64,000 nucleotides of DNA. It comes from Octopus vulgaris. Lineage: Eukaryota. A program made the translations under genes and the position numbers. The stretch lies in the NCBI GenBank assembly GCA_951406725.2, contig OX597842.1, positions 15,252,001-15,316,000 on the forward strand, written 5' to 3'. The notes under the pieces were generated by a model, which was not told the origin of the DNA, made no database searches, and saw nothing but the letters and a program-made list of their open reading frames with translations. Below, piece after piece: positions 40,267 through 56,562 of this stretch; the stretch's first letter is position 1; each line of letters opens with the position of its first letter.

Positions 40267-41875
40267 CAGATGGATAGATAGATAGGTAGATAGATAGATA
40301 GATAGAAAGATACATACATACATACATACATACATAGATAGATAGACAGACAGATAGACAGATAGATAGAAAGATAGATAGATAGATAGATACATAGATA
40401 GATAGATAGATAGATAGGTAGATAGATAGATAGACAGATAGATAGATAGGTAGATAGATATTAATGTGTATACGTTTGTGTGCCTGTGTTTCTCCCCACA
40501 ACATCGCTTGACAATCAATGCTAATATATACATACATGCATGTGTGGATGGGTGGGTGTGATATTAGATTAGTAGATTGATTGCATATTTCTTTCATTAT
40601 TTCATCAGAGCTTTCTTCTGCCAACAAATGCTGATATGGGAATTTTTCGAAATTCCCACTAATTCTAGGAAAATCTGTTTCTAAAAGAATTCCAATATAA
40701 TCAGCATGTACACCATATGTCAAACATTTTATTAAAAATAACAACCTTTCTTTAAGTTAAACCGAAGCAAATTCGAGGGTCATATTTGTGCAGGAATAAC
40801 CCATAGGCATTCGATACAGATTGTGTACGTACGTGCAAAAACAGTTTGTGTGAGATTTGGCTGCTTTTTCTAGCATGTGGATATCCTGTTTGAAGCCCGT
40901 AGAATCGGGAGGGGTGGAGGTTGAAGCAGATTGAGATGGCAACCTCAATAGTCGGGTAGTATGATAAAAGCATCGAACCCATGCCGTGAATTTGCCCAGT
41001 GGGACTGAACGAGGAACCATGTCGTTCGTTAGCAAGCTAATTAACACACACCCGATATATATATATATATATATCAATAATCATTTACAAAACAATTCTA
41101 AATTGCTTATAATCATATTCATCATTTCCTTGATTGTCATCATCAACAAAGTAAATAACATCACCATCATTGTCATCATCATCTAACATCCATGTTCCTT
41201 TCTGGCTTGGACTGGACAGGATCCAAGGACTGCACTCCGCTCAAATGTTTGCTTTGGTCTCCTATTTCTGGTTAGATGCCTTTCCTAACATCAACCAATT
41301 CACGGCATGGGTTCGGTGCTTTTATCATACTACCCGACTATTGAGGTTGCCATCTCAATCAGCTTCAACCTCCACCCCTCCCGATTCTACGGGCTTCAAA
41401 CAGGATATCCACATGCTAGAAAAAGCAGCCAAATCTCACACAAACTGTTTTTGCACGTACGTACACAATCTGTATCGAATGCCTATGGGTTATTCCTGCA
41501 CAAATATGACCCTCGAATTTGCTTCGGTTTAACTTAAAGAAAGGTTGTTATTTTTAATAAAATGTTTGACATATGGTGTACATGCTGATTATATTGGAAT
41601 TCTTTTAGAAACAGTTTTTCCTAGAATTAGTGGGAATTTCGAAAAATTCCCATATCGGCATTTGTTGGCAGAAGAAAGCTCTGATGAAATAATGAAAGAA
41701 ATATGCAATCAATCTACTAATCTACTATCACACCCACCCATCCACACATGCATGTATGTATATATTAGCATTGGTTGTCAAGCGATGTTGTGGGGAGAAA
41801 CACAGGCACACAAACGTATACACATTAATATCTATCTACCTATCTATCTATCTGTCTATCTATCTATCTACCTAC

Positions 41876-42019
<144 letters not shown>

Positions 42020-42146
42020 ATATCTATCCATCTGTCTATCTGTCTGTCTATTTATCTATCTTTCTATCTATCTATCTATCTATCTATCTAACTGACTAAC
42101 TATCTATCTATCTATCTATCTATTTATCTCTCTCTCTCTCTCTCTC

Positions 42147-42199
<53 letters not shown>

Positions 42200-42202
<3 letters not shown>

Positions 42203-43250
42203 TCTTAGAACACTCTGACTGGGTACTGAAAAAGATGCTCAACCACTCAGACGTTGAAGTGATACATCTCGACTTTCCCAAGTCGATCATGGAACGATAC
42301 GTCACAAACTGCGTGATCTTGGCATAGTTGGAAAATTGTGAGAATGGCTTCATGACTTTCTGAAGGATAGAAGTCAGGTGGTAGTAGCCAATGTAGCCGC
42401 CTCCAATGATACGCAAATAGGGACCGGTCTTCCGCAAGGCTCTGTTTTGGGAACACTTCTGCTCATAATGGCCCTCTCAGAATGCCCTCAGCCACACAGA
42501 AGGCTACGATCACAAGTTATGCAGATGATACAAAAGTTTCACAGGTAATACAGAACCCTGAAGACACTATGCACCTGCATTGTGAGCTGGACAAAATATA
42601 CAAGTTGGCTGAAAAGAATAGCATGCTGTTTAATGCTGAAAGGTTTCAAGCTTCATGCTATCAACATGCAAAACTAAATGCAATAAATACACTGGATTTG
42701 GAGGGATTGCAATCCCAGAGACACAATCAGTGCAAGACCTGGGTATTTACATCAGTAATAATGCAACCGTTCATATGCTTGTTGCTAAACTGGCAATGAA
42801 ATGTAGGCGGCTGACCGGATGGGTTCTGAGAACGTTTAGAACAAGAGACCAGGAAACCATGATGGTCCTCTAGAGTTCACTTGTTCTAAGCCACTTTGAA
42901 AATTGCTCCCAGCTATGATCACCAACCAATGTCAAATTAATCACAGAAGTTGAGGCAATCCAACGAAGCTACACGAAAAAGATAGCCACTATGCAGCATA
43001 TAGCCTATTGAGAAAGATTCAAGAGATTAAGATTCTATTCCTTAGAGCGTAGGCGAGAAAAATATACCATAATATACATGTGGAAGATCCTGGAAGGACT
43101 TGTCCAAAGCTTTAGCATCCAGAGATACACAAGTACTAGAACTGGGCGCCAGTTTATAGTGCCAAGGATTCCAAATTTGCCATCAAGATGTAGGACAAGG
43201 TACTGTGATAGCCCGGGCTTCAGATGTGCAAATCTCTTCAATATCCTCCT
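42200..43250 (+). mobile_element. LINE family A RT fragment
   Basis: Inverted paralog of 38978-40026; YADDTK. Confidence 0.88.
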
Positions 43251-43585
43251 GGAGGTGAGGTGATGAACCCATGGTAGAGACGTAACCCACCTCTTCATTT
43301 TTCACTTTTTCTTGTAACTTTTTTGACAAATTATGTGATTAAAACAACCGACATTATGATTCTGAAAAGTAACTGTTCGTGAAACTGAAATCCGCCCCCC
43401 ACCACATCCACATAAACCCTCCCCCCTTCCGATTCTACAGGGATTCAAACAAGATATCTACGTGCTTAAAAAAGCAGCAAAATTTCATACAAACTGTTTT
43501 GGGGCACATACGTATATAGTCTGTATCTAATGCCTATGGGGTATTGCTACACATGTGTGCCCCTCGATTTTGCTTCACACACACT

Positions 43586-43673
<88 letters not shown>

Positions 43674-43891
43674 TTTCTTTATTTACTGTTTTAATTGTTG
43701 CAGTCATTTCACTTTGACCATTCTGGAGCACCACCTTTAGACAGGTAGATCGATCGACCCCAGGACATATTTTTTGTAAGCCTATTACTTATTCAATCGC
43801 TTTCATTTTGCCGAACCGCTGGGTTACGGGGTCGTAAACACACTAGCATCGGTTGTCAAGCGATGGTGTGGGGACAAAGGCAGACACACAA

Positions 43892-43930
<39 letters not shown>

Positions 43931-44161
43931 AATATATATATTATATATATAAATGTCTGCTTTGGTCTGCTATTTCTGGTTAGATGCCCTTCGAAACATC
44001 AACCATTTTGCAGCATGGGCTCGGTGCTTTTTATCATACTCCCCGACAATTCAGGTTGCCATGTAGGTCGCATAACTGAAAATCCTGTTGGAGGGGTGGG
44101 GTCAGTTTCATGCTCGTGGATAAGGGAATGATTTAAGAGGTAGGGTAGTGCATGTTTTTGT

Positions 44162-44496
44162 AGATCCTCTTTGGTTATGAATGACCAAGAGATGACACCT
44201 AGAAGGTTCCCCAACAAGGTACATATCCGGGCAAATTTGTTTATGGATGTCCGGCGGTCACCCATGCATAACAGAATACCCTCTCCATTCCAACAAAGTT
44301 ATCCAATGGCAAGTCAAAGACTGATACAGCTTCGGCGCAGTGATGTCGCCACTCATTTCAACAGCTGAGTGAACTAAAGTAACGTGAAATAAAGTGTTTT
44401 GCTCAATTACTTCAACACACAGCCCGTTCCATGAATCGAACTCATTATCTCGCGATTGTGATACTGACGATATCACCACTGAGCCATGCACTTCCA
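44162..44496 (-). mobile_element. tRNA-derived SINE (~335 bp family)
   Basis: Inverted paralog of 37721-38055. Confidence 0.82.
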
Positions 44497-44862
44497 CACA
44501 ACGGAAGGAGAAACAAAGAGAAAATGAAAAGAAGGAACTACAAGAGATAGATGATGGTAACGAAGTGACAAGATGACCCCATGAGGTAAAACGCAAATCA
44601 TTCTATACAGAGTCTGTAATTATGTGCCAAAAAAGATTGCGTGAGATATGGCTTTTATTTCTAGCATGTGGATAGCCTGGTTGAAAACCGTAGAATCTGG
44701 GGGCGAGGGTTTTTTTTTCTTTTGAGAAAGTCATTTTACAAACAATGCCTTTTTTTTAGAATCATTATCTCCAAACTTTTCTACGTATTTCACAAAAAAA
44801 GTGGGAAGGGTGAGTTAAATCTGCGCCATATATGCCTATACATACATACATACATACATACA

Positions 44863-44903
<41 letters not shown>

Positions 44904-45236
44904 TTATACATATATAGCCTTGATTGTCATCATCAACAGGGTAAATAACATCATCCTCATTGTCATCATCATCTAACATCCATGTTCCTTTCTTGCATGG
45001 ACTGGACAGGATCCAAGGACTGCACTGCGCTCAAATGTCTGCTTTGGTCTCCTATTTCTGGTTAGATGCCCTTCCTAACATCAACCAATTCACAGCATGG
45101 GCTCGGTGCATTTATCATACTACCCGACTATTGAGGTTGCCATCTCAATCTTCTTCAACCCCCTCCCCTCCCCTCCCGATTCTACGGGCTTCAAGCAGGA
45201 TATCCACATGCTAGAAAAAGCAGCCAAATCACACCC

Positions 45237-46601
45237 GCTTCAGGAAAAGTGTGTGGAACAGGGTCAGGATTTGTATGAGGTTTTTATCGATCTGACAAAA
45301 GCCTTTGATACCGTCAATAGAAAAGCATTGTGGAAAGTCCTACTGAAACTTGGGTGTCCTGAAAAGTTCCTTGCTTTGGTTAGGTCTTTTCATGAAGATA
45401 TGAATGGTAGGGTGAATGTTAGAGGGAAGATGTCGGAGCCCATTTCAATACAAAATGGAGTGAAACTGGGGAATATTCTGGCATTGACACTATTTTCCAT
45501 ATATTTCGCGATGGTGTTCTGTATTGCATTCAGAAACTGCAGATACGGTGTTTACGTCCATTATCGAAACTCTGGCAGCATGTTTAGTATCAGGCGCCTT
45601 GCTGCAAAAACAAATATATTTACCTCTATCATAAAATACATTTTGTATGCTGATGATTGTGAGCTGGTAGCACACACTGAGATTGATATGCAACACATTT
45701 TGAATGCATTCTCTGATGCTTGCACTGCCTTAGGATTGACAGTCAATCTCAAGAAAACTGTTGTCATGCATCAACCTGCCCCTAGTAAGCAGTGTAGTGT
45801 ACCAAATATCTATGTGAATGGTAAACGACTTGATGTAGGCGATCACTTTGTCTACATGGGAAGCACTATTAATAGATATGGCAATGTGGATGATGAAATT
45901 CCATATAGAATTAGGAAAGCAACTGTTGCTTTCGCAAGGCTAGAAAAGGCACCCTGGAGTCCGCGATACATATGCAGAAGGACAAAGATAAAGGTGTACA
46001 AGGCATGTGGGCTGCCTTCTCTTCTCTCTGCCTGCAAGACGTGGGTCAAATATGGATACCACCTTAAACAACTGGAACGATTCCATCAGATGTGCCTCAG
46101 ACGGATCTATGGCATTAAGTGGAAGGACCGCATCGGTGATCTTGAAATACTCGAAGGCTCTCGGTGTGAAAGGATAGAAGATCTTGTGTTAAAGCAAAGG
46201 CTCATATGGAGTGGTCATCTGGTCAGAATGAAGGATTCAAGGATGCCAAAACAACTCTTTTATGGAGAGTTAGCTAAAGGAGAACGACCTCCACATAAAT
46301 CAAAAAAAGAGGTATAAGGACTTGCTGAAGGCTTCCTTAAGAGATGCTTGCATCTATCCTGACACATGTGAAGGCATAGCTATTGATCGTAGCAGGTGGA
46401 GAAGGATTGTGCATGAGGGGACAGCCACATTTGAGAAATCTCGAGTTGCACATGAGAAAGTAAGGAGGGATGTCAGGAAGGGCATCGCTGTTACACTTCC
46501 AGAATGGAAGGGTGTTCATTTGATTCTGACATGCGATGTCTGTGCAAGACCCTGCCTCAGTAAAGCTGGACTCATGAGTCATATTCATAGTCATAAAACG
46601 A
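45237..46601 (+). mobile_element. RTE-type LINE fragment; contributes most of the 406 aa chimeric ORF at 45097-46317
   Basis: FIDLTKAFDTVNR, LYADDCEL, FVYMGS; lacks the endonuclease and the RT N-terminal part. Confidence 0.92.
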
Positions 46602-47291
46602 TGCATGTATGTATATCTACGTATATATGTATGTATGTATTTATATATATATATATGTATATATATATGTGTCTGTATGTATATATATATGTGATTGCAT
46701 ATATGTATGTATATATGTATGTATGTATGTATGCATGCATATATGTATGTATGTATGCATGGATGTATGCATGCACGTGCGACTGTATGTATGCATATAT
46801 GTAGGTATGTTTGCATGCATATATGTATATGTATGCGTGTATGTATGTATGTATGTATGTATGTATGTATGTATGTATGTATGCAAGCATGCATGTATGT
46901 ATGTATATATGTATATATGTGTGTGTATGTATATATGTATAGATGTATGTATGAATATACGCAGGCATGGATGAATATTTGCAAGTGCATTCATATCTGA
47001 ATGCGTATATGTATTAAGGGTGTGTGTATGTGTGTGTATGTGTGTGTGTGCATGCGTCCCTGAGATATTTTGTGTGTTTGCTTGTCCTCTGATCGCAACC
47101 TGACACGTTGTTACTTTGTTTATGTCACTATAAAGCAACGTTTAGCGTTACAGGTCGGAAGCATAAGAACAGATTACAAGTAAATAAATAAATATATAGG
47201 TCCAGTTAAAGCGACGAAAATTCTTCAAGACGGAGCCCCAGCATGGCCGCAATCCAATGAATTAAAGAAATCCAAGGTAACCAAGGAGCTT

Positions 47292-48000
47292 CTAGAAGCC
47301 GGGACCTTGCCTATGTAACCTGTCGAGGTCAAACTTACTGGTCGGAGGCTTCTGATCACTGTAGTTGACGTAGTGAAATTGTGCACCCACAAATACATCT
47401 TTAACTATACATCTAAGAAATAGCCTGTCCATATAAGATCTAGAAGGCCCATCGCTATTCATCCATCTCCACAGTGGAGCGTCTGGGTGTTCCAGTATAT
47501 ACAGATTTGCCAGCAAAAAACGCTTAAGCAGATCGAAGAGATACGTGTTTCTCCTCCTATCTGTATTCGAGCAAACACAATCCACTAAGGAGTGTGATGT
47601 ACCTAGAAAATTTTCTAGCCTAGAAAATTGTCTAACTGTCTGGTCGTCGGAGATTATAAACAACCCCCAGCCTGAAAGACTTATCAATGATGAGTTTTAC
47701 ATCAAAGACGACCAGGCTACTCCCACCCCCGGTTCAATAAAGATTACTCTTGATGCTAAATCCAGTTTTTCTTGAGCAGAACTACGACCGCCCGTCTTCA
47801 CATTCTGGGTGATCAGGAGAAATAAATTTCTCGTAGCAGTTTAGGCGGGGAGAAATGCTTGTCAGTCCACTCAGCCAGGTTTCTCTAACTACTACCACAT
47901 CCAAATTAAGCGATACGAGGTCATTGAGGAAAAGCCCTTGTTTCCAATTCGATGACAGGATGTAAACATTTAAACTCCCTACATCGAGTGTAAACATGAA
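47292..48000 (-). mobile_element. L1/Tx1-type AP-endonuclease fragment
   Basis: MFTLDVGSLNV...LDVVVVRETWL...RSYMDR...YSDQ. Confidence 0.75.
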
Positions 48001-48699
48001 GAAAAAACTTAGGTTGGAGATGGGCGTTAAAACATACAATTCTATTTATTTAGGAGCTTGTGAAGTCTCTAGGTGTGTGTGTGTTCATGTTTATGCGTGT
48101 CCTAATCATACGATTGCAGCCTAACACGGTGTTGCTTTGTTTGTGTCTCTATGAAGCAACGTTGAGCGATACAAGACGGAAGAATAAGGAGAAATTACAA
48201 ATAAATAAATAAATAGGTCCAGTTAACCCGTCAGAAACTCTCGAAGGCGGTGCTCCAGCATGGCCACAATCCAATGAATGAAGGAAATCCAGAGTAAAGA
48301 GCAAACTGTAAAAGATTTGATGTAAGGTTGTTCTATAGAGCTTATTACTGCATTACTCCAACCTCCCATGCTTTCCTCTCTCCCTCTCTCTCCCTCTCTT
48401 GCAAACACACCCACCCACCCACACATACACATACACATACACACACATAAACCCGCATATACAAACAGATTCAAGGATAGAAGCGTTTGAACACACCGAA
48501 CAAAAAAGCACACACGCAAAAAAATATACACTAATTTAAACAGGGATAGTTTACGTCAATAATATGACTTATATTTGAGAGTTACCTCCCTTAACACTAT
48601 TTTACAATTTATTTTATCTGCCTAAAATATAAATGAATGTTTACGGCCTATCGTTTGCATTACTTAAACGTTGGAAGGTTTGTGTGTGTGTGTGTATGT

Positions 48700-48773
<74 letters not shown>

Positions 48774-48861
48774 GTGTTCATGTTTATGTGTGTCCTTCTC
48801 CTACGATTGCAGCCTGACATGGTTTTGCTTTGTTTATGTCTCTATAAGGCAAATTTTAGTA

Positions 48862-49255
48862 ATGAACTGCATGCTATTCTTTTCAGCTCCCTTGTATATT
48901 TTGTCCAGCTCTCATTGCAGGTGAATAGTGTCTTCAGGGTTCTGTATTACCTGTGAAACTTTTGTATCATCTGCATAACTTGTGATCGTGGCGTTCTTAG
49001 GGCATTCTGAAAGGGCCATTATGAGCAGAAGTGGTCCTAAAACAGAGCGTTGTGGGACACCGGTCCCTATTTGCGTATCATAGGAGGAGGCCCCATTGGC
49101 TACTACCACCTTCATTTTTATACTTCAGAAAGTCATGAAGCCATTCTCACAATTTTCCAACTATGCCAAGATCACGCACATTGTGACATATCATTCAATA
49201 TTTATCAACCTTTATCGGCCTTTGCAACGTCGAGATATAACACTTCCACATTTGA
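48862..49255 (-). mobile_element. LINE family A short RT fragment
   Basis: TGVPQRSVLGPLL...YADDTK. Confidence 0.85.
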
Positions 49256-50129
49256 GTCCTGAGGCTATAGTAGAAGACACATACCCAAGGTAACACGCTG
49301 TGGGACTGAACTAGGAACCATGTCGTTCGTTAACAAGATAATTAACACACACTCAATATATATATATATATCAATAATCATTTAGAAAACAATTCTAAAT
49401 TGCTTATAATCATGTTCATCATTTCCTTGATTGTCATCATCAACAAAGTAAATAACATCACCATCATTGTTATCATCATCTAACATCCATGTTATTTTCT
49501 GGCATGGGCTGGACAGGATCCAAGGACTGCACTCCGCTCAAATGTCTGCTTTGGTCTCCTATTTCTGGTTAGATGCCTTTCCTAACATCAACCAATTCAC
49601 AGAATGGGCTCGGTGCTTTTATCATACTACCCGACTATTGAGGTTGCCATCTCAATCTGCTTCAACCTCCACCCCTCCTGATTCTACGGGCTTAAAAAAG
49701 CAGCTAGAAAAAGCAGCCAAATCACACCCAAACTGTATTTTGGCTCATACGTACACAATCTGTATCGAATGCCTATGGGTTATTCCTGCACAAATATGAC
49801 CCTCGAATTTGCTTCGGTTTATCTTAAAGAAATGCTGATATTTTTAATAAAATGTTTGACATATGGTGTACATGCTGATTATATTGGAATTCTTTTAGAA
49901 ACAGTTTTTCCTAGAATTAGTGGGTATTTCGAAAAATTCCCATATCGGCATTTGTTGGAAGAAGAAAGCTCTAATGAAATAATGAAAAATATGCAATCAA
50001 TCTACTAATCTACTATCACACCCACCCACACACACCTGCATGCATGTATATGTTAGCCTCGGTTGTCAAGCGATGTTGTGGGGAGAAACACAGGCACACA
50101 AACATATACACATTAATATCTATCTACCT

Positions 50130-51077
50130 ATGAGACTGCGACATCTCTGGCTCTATGTAGACGACGGTGAACAGGTGTGGTCGCCGTTTGTGAGGCACGC
50201 TTTCCCGCAGCTCGTCTCCATGACCGAACTGCAGTCGTGGATCAAAAAGAGGCCGAGGAAGGGCGAATGGCACCGCGAGTGTCGCGTTGCTCTCAAGCAA
50301 CTCTGCCGTCCTGGGTCGACCTTGAGTGACTTCAACACAACCAAAGCATTCTATAGGGGATTAGTGGAGGGGAGGTACGACGACGAGCTCGGGGCGAACC
50401 TGGACGTCGACGAGGAGTACCTGACCCGCCTGTTCAGGACGACTTTCGGGCCAGGGCCCATGGACAACTTCCAGAGATCCCTGGCCTGGCAGTGTTACCG
50501 AGAAGCGCTACCCGTTCGGGATAAGCTCTACAGACACGGCTCGAAAAACACGGGGCCGACCTGCCCGAGATGCGGTCAGAGCGACGAAACCGTTCTGCAC
50601 GCACTCGTGCAGTGTTCAACAATTTCCGACCTGTCACGTGTGGGACGAGTCGGTTTATCAGCTGAGTCTATCGTCAATATTATCACGCCTCCTTCCTTCA
50701 AACGGGAAGGAAGAGCTATTTTCATCATCCTTGTGGCTATGGCGAAAGAATGTATCTGGTGGACGCGTCTGAAAGGATTGGAGACAAACACTTTCCTCTC
50801 TGGTCAATCTCTCATCAACTTCTTCAAGTACCACTTGAAAAGGAAAGTGAGAGTAGAGTGGCAAGTTTTGTCTAGCGAATGTTTTAAAAAAAGATGGGTG
50901 AATGTAGTAAGGATGGCACGTATGAATGACGAAGCCGCCTTGAGCATAATCCTATGAACCCATAAATTGAAAACAGAGGATTACCCACTTGCAAACAAAT
51001 GTGGTAACATATAACAATATTGACCAAGGTTATCGTGGTCTTTTTCGTAGGCTTTTCTTCCCACGGATAACCCTTAC
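50130..51077 (+). mobile_element. L1/Tx1-type LINE 3' fragment within (TATC)n
   Basis: About 275 open codons ending at 50957, with CPRCGQSDETVLHALVQC; homologous to ~23890-24850 (minus). Confidence 0.88.
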
Positions 51078-51116
51078 TATCTATCTATCCATCTGTCTAT
51101 ATGTCTGTCTGTCTGC

Positions 51117-51220
<104 letters not shown>

Positions 51221-51260
51221 GTATCCATCTGTGTAACTGACTAACTATCTATCTATCTAT

Positions 51261-52586
<1,326 letters not shown>

Positions 52587-53396
52587 GGAGGTGAGGTGAG
52601 GTACCCATGGTAGAGACGTAACCCACCTCTTAATTTTTCACTTTTTCTTGTAACTTATTTGACAAATTATGTGATTAAAACAACCGACATTATGAATCTG
52701 AAAAGTAACTGTTCGTGAAACTGAAATCCGCCCCCCACAAAATCCACATAAACCCTCTCCCCTTCCGATTCTACAGGGCTTCAAACAAGATATCTACGTA
52801 CTTGAAAAAGCAGCGAAATTTCATACAAACTCTTTTGGGGCACATACGTATATAGTCTGCATCGAATGCCTATGGGGTATTGCTACACATGTGTGCCCCT
52901 CGATTTTGCTTCACACACACATGCATATATATATATACAGTCTTTTCTCTTTACTGTTTTACTTGTTGCAGTCATTTCACTTTGACCATTCTGGAGCACC
53001 ACCTTTAGACAGGTAGATAGATCGACCCCAGGACATATTTTTTGTAAGCCAATTACTTATTCAATCACTTTCATTTTGCCGAACCGCTGGATTACGGGGT
53101 CGTAAATACACTAGCATCGGTTGTCAAGCGATGGTGTGGGGACAAAGGCAGACACACAAACATACATACACACACATACACACACACACACACACATATA
53201 TAAATGTATACGTTATATATATAAATGTCTGCTTTGGTCTGCTATTTCTGGTTAGATGCCCTTCCTAACATCAACCAATTTACAGCATGGGCTCAGTGCT
53301 TTTATCATACTTACCGACTATTCGTTGCAGGTGGGGGGGGGGGGGGCAGTTTCAAGTTAGTGGATAAGAGAATGAGGTAGGGAAGTGCATATGTTT

Positions 53397-53730
53397 GATC
53401 CTATTTGGTAATGAAAGACAAGGAGATTCCACCTAGAAAGTTCCCCACCAAGGTACGTATCCGGGCAAGTTTGTTTATGGATGACCGGCAGTCACCCATG
53501 CATTACAGAATACCCTCTCCATGCCAACAAACTTATCCAATGGCAATTCAAAGACTGATACAGCTTCGCCCCAGGGATGTCACAACTCATTTCAATAGCT
53601 GAGTGAACTGGAGTAACGTGAAATAAACTGTCTTGCTCAAGAACTTCAACACACAGCCCGTTCCATGAATCGATTTCACTATCTCCTGATTGTGAGCCTG
53701 GCGATCTTACCATTGAGTCCCGTACTTTCA
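53397..53730 (-). mobile_element. tRNA-derived SINE (~335 bp family)
   Basis: Same body and flank as 21888 and 27408, inverted. Confidence 0.78.
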
Positions 53731-54085
53731 CAAAGCGGAAGGAGAGAGTAAGAGAAAACGAATAGTAGGGACTACAAGAGATAGATGATGGTAGCGAAGT
53801 GACTCGGTGGCCCCATGGGGTAAAATGCAAAGCATTCGATACAGAGACTGTAATTATGTGCCAAAAAATGTTTGCTCGAGGTATGGCTTTTATTTCTAGC
53901 ATGTTGATAGTCTGGTTGAAAACCGTAGAATCTGGAGGTGAGGTTTATTTAATTTTCTTTTGAATAAATGGCATTTTACAAACAATGACTCTTTTCAGAA
54001 TCATCATCTCCAATCTTTTCTACGTATTTCACAAAAAAGGGAGAGGGGCGAGCTAAATCCGCGCCATATACGCATATATATATAC

Positions 54086-54197
<112 letters not shown>

Positions 54198-54944
54198 ATA
54201 CATATATAGCCATATATGCTTCTGTTTCTCAAATATTCACCACTTGACATCCGCTGTTTTTGTTTACATCCCTGTAACGTAGCTGTTATATGAAGCCAGA
54301 ACAAACAAATAAGCAGCAATCTGAATAAAGAGAAGCACTACTCGCTGTGTGGTTGACTAAACACTTCAATGCAGTGCTCCAGCATGGCTGCGTTCCGATG
54401 TTTAAAAAATGGAGACGATAGGCCGTAAAAAGTACTTTAAATATAAAACACATAAAAAATTGACGAAATAGTGTTAAGGGAGGTAACTCACAATTATAGG
54501 TCATTTACTTGACGTAAAATATGCCTGTTAATATTAGAGTATATTTCTGCGTGTGTGCTTTTATTCTGTGTGTACCTGTAATTCTTTGCCTGTGTATGTT
54601 TGCGTATGGGATTGTGTGTGTGTGTGTTTGTGAGAGAGGGAGAGGGAGGGAGAGAGGAAAGCATGGGAGGTTGGAATTATGCAGTAATAAGATCTATAGA
54701 ACATCCTTACATCGAAGGTTTTAGCAGTTTGCTCTTTACATTGGATTTCTTTTATCCATTGGATTGTGGCCATGCTGGAGCACTGCCTTCAAGTGTTGCT
54801 GACAGGTTAACTGGACCTGGTTATTTATTTGTACACCCTCCTTATTCTTTCGTCCTGTATCGCTCAACGTTGCTTTATAGAGACATAAACAAAGCAACAC
54901 CGTGTTCGGCTGCGATCGTAGGATAAGCACACACATAAATCGGA

Positions 54945-54992
<48 letters not shown>

Positions 54993-55546
54993 ACACACAC
55001 CTAGAGACTTCACAAGCTCCGAAATAAATGGAACGTTAGGGGTTAACACCCATCTCTAACCTAAAGTAGACCAAATTATTTCTTCATATATACACTCAAC
55101 GTAGGGTGTTTAAATGTTCGCAGCCTTCCTCAATGACTCAGGTCCCATAATTTGGATGTAGTAGTAGTTAGAGAAACCTGGCTGAGAGAAAATACAGGCA
55201 TTTCTCCCCTCCTAAACTGCCAAATCTCACACAAACTGTTTTTTTGTAACATGCATATATACTCTGTATCGAATACCTATGGGGTATTCGTACACAATTG
55301 TGCCCCTCAATTTTGCTTCACATACATGCATATATATATATACATATATATTGCTTTACTTGTTTCAGTCATTTGACTGTTGCCATGCTGGAGTACCGCA
55401 TTTGGACAGGCCAACCGACCGCAGTAAGCCTATTACTTATTCAATCGCTCTTATTTTGCCGAAACGCTATGTAACGGGGTCATAAACACACCAGCATCGG
55501 TTATCAAGCGATGTTGTGGGGACAAACACAGGCGCACAAACACACA

Positions 55547-55589
<43 letters not shown>

Positions 55590-55771
55590 ACATATGCCCT
55601 TCCAAACATCAACTATTTTGCAGCATGGGCTCGGTGCTTTTTATCATACTCCCCGACAATTCAGGTTGCCATGAAGGTCGCATAACTGAAAATCCTGTTG
55701 GAGGGGTGGGGTCAGTTTCATGCTCGTGGATAAGGGAATGATTTAAGAGGTAGTGTAGTGCATGTTTTTGT

Positions 55772-56106
55772 AGATCCTGTTTGGTAATGAATGACCAAGA
55801 GATGACACATAGAAGGTTCGCCAACAAGGTACATATCCGGGCAAATTTGTTTATGGATGTCCGGCGGTGACCCATGCATAACAGAATACCCTCTCCATGC
55901 CAACAAAGTTATCCAATGGCAAGTCAAAGACTGATACAGCTTCGGCGCAGTGATGTTGCAACTCATTTCAACAGCTGAGTGAACTCGAGTAACGTGAAAT
56001 AAAGTGTCTTGCTCAATTACTTCAACACACAGCCCGTTCCATGAATCGAACTCATTATCTCGCGATTGTGATACTGACGATATCACCACTGAGCCATGCA
56101 CTTCCA
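55772..56106 (-). mobile_element. tRNA-derived SINE (~335 bp family)
   Basis: Same body and flank as 9421, inverted. Confidence 0.82.
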
Positions 56107-56493
56107 CAGAACGGAAGGAGAAAGAAAGAGAAAATGAAAAGAAGGAACTACAAGAGATAGATGATGGTAACGAAGTGACTCGGTGGCCCCATGGGGGTAA
56201 AATGCAAATCATTCGATACAGGGTCTGTAATTATGTGCCCCAAAAAGTTTGCGCGAGGTATGGCTTTTATTTCTAGCATGTAGATAGCCTGGTTGAAAAC
56301 CGTAGACTCGGGAGGCGAGGGCTTCTTTTTCTTTTGAATAAATGGCATTTTACAAACAATGACTTTTTTTAGAATCATTATCTCCAAACTTTTCTACGTA
56401 TTTTAAAAGAAAGTGGGAAGGGTGAGTTAAATCTGCGCCATATACGCCCATACATACATACATACATACATACATACATTCATACATACATAC

Positions 56494-56562
<69 letters not shown>

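Noticed and set aside
41537-41710. ~55 codon open stretch (LIKCLTYGVHADYIGILL...) repeated five times, considered as an exon of a tandem gene family
   Set aside because: The 57k paralog has an in-frame stop, no recognisable domain or consistent splice structure is evident, and it sits in repeat scaffold.
41678-41720. ctgatgaaataatgaaag as a hammerhead
   Set aside because: No stem I or stem II pairing, and the core is mutated in paralogs (ctaatga, ttgatga).
50040-50957. 305 aa ORF as a host gene
   Set aside because: It is the C-terminus of an L1/Tx1 ORF2 fused to SINE and microsatellite sequence; a frameshifted homologue lies at 23957-24850.
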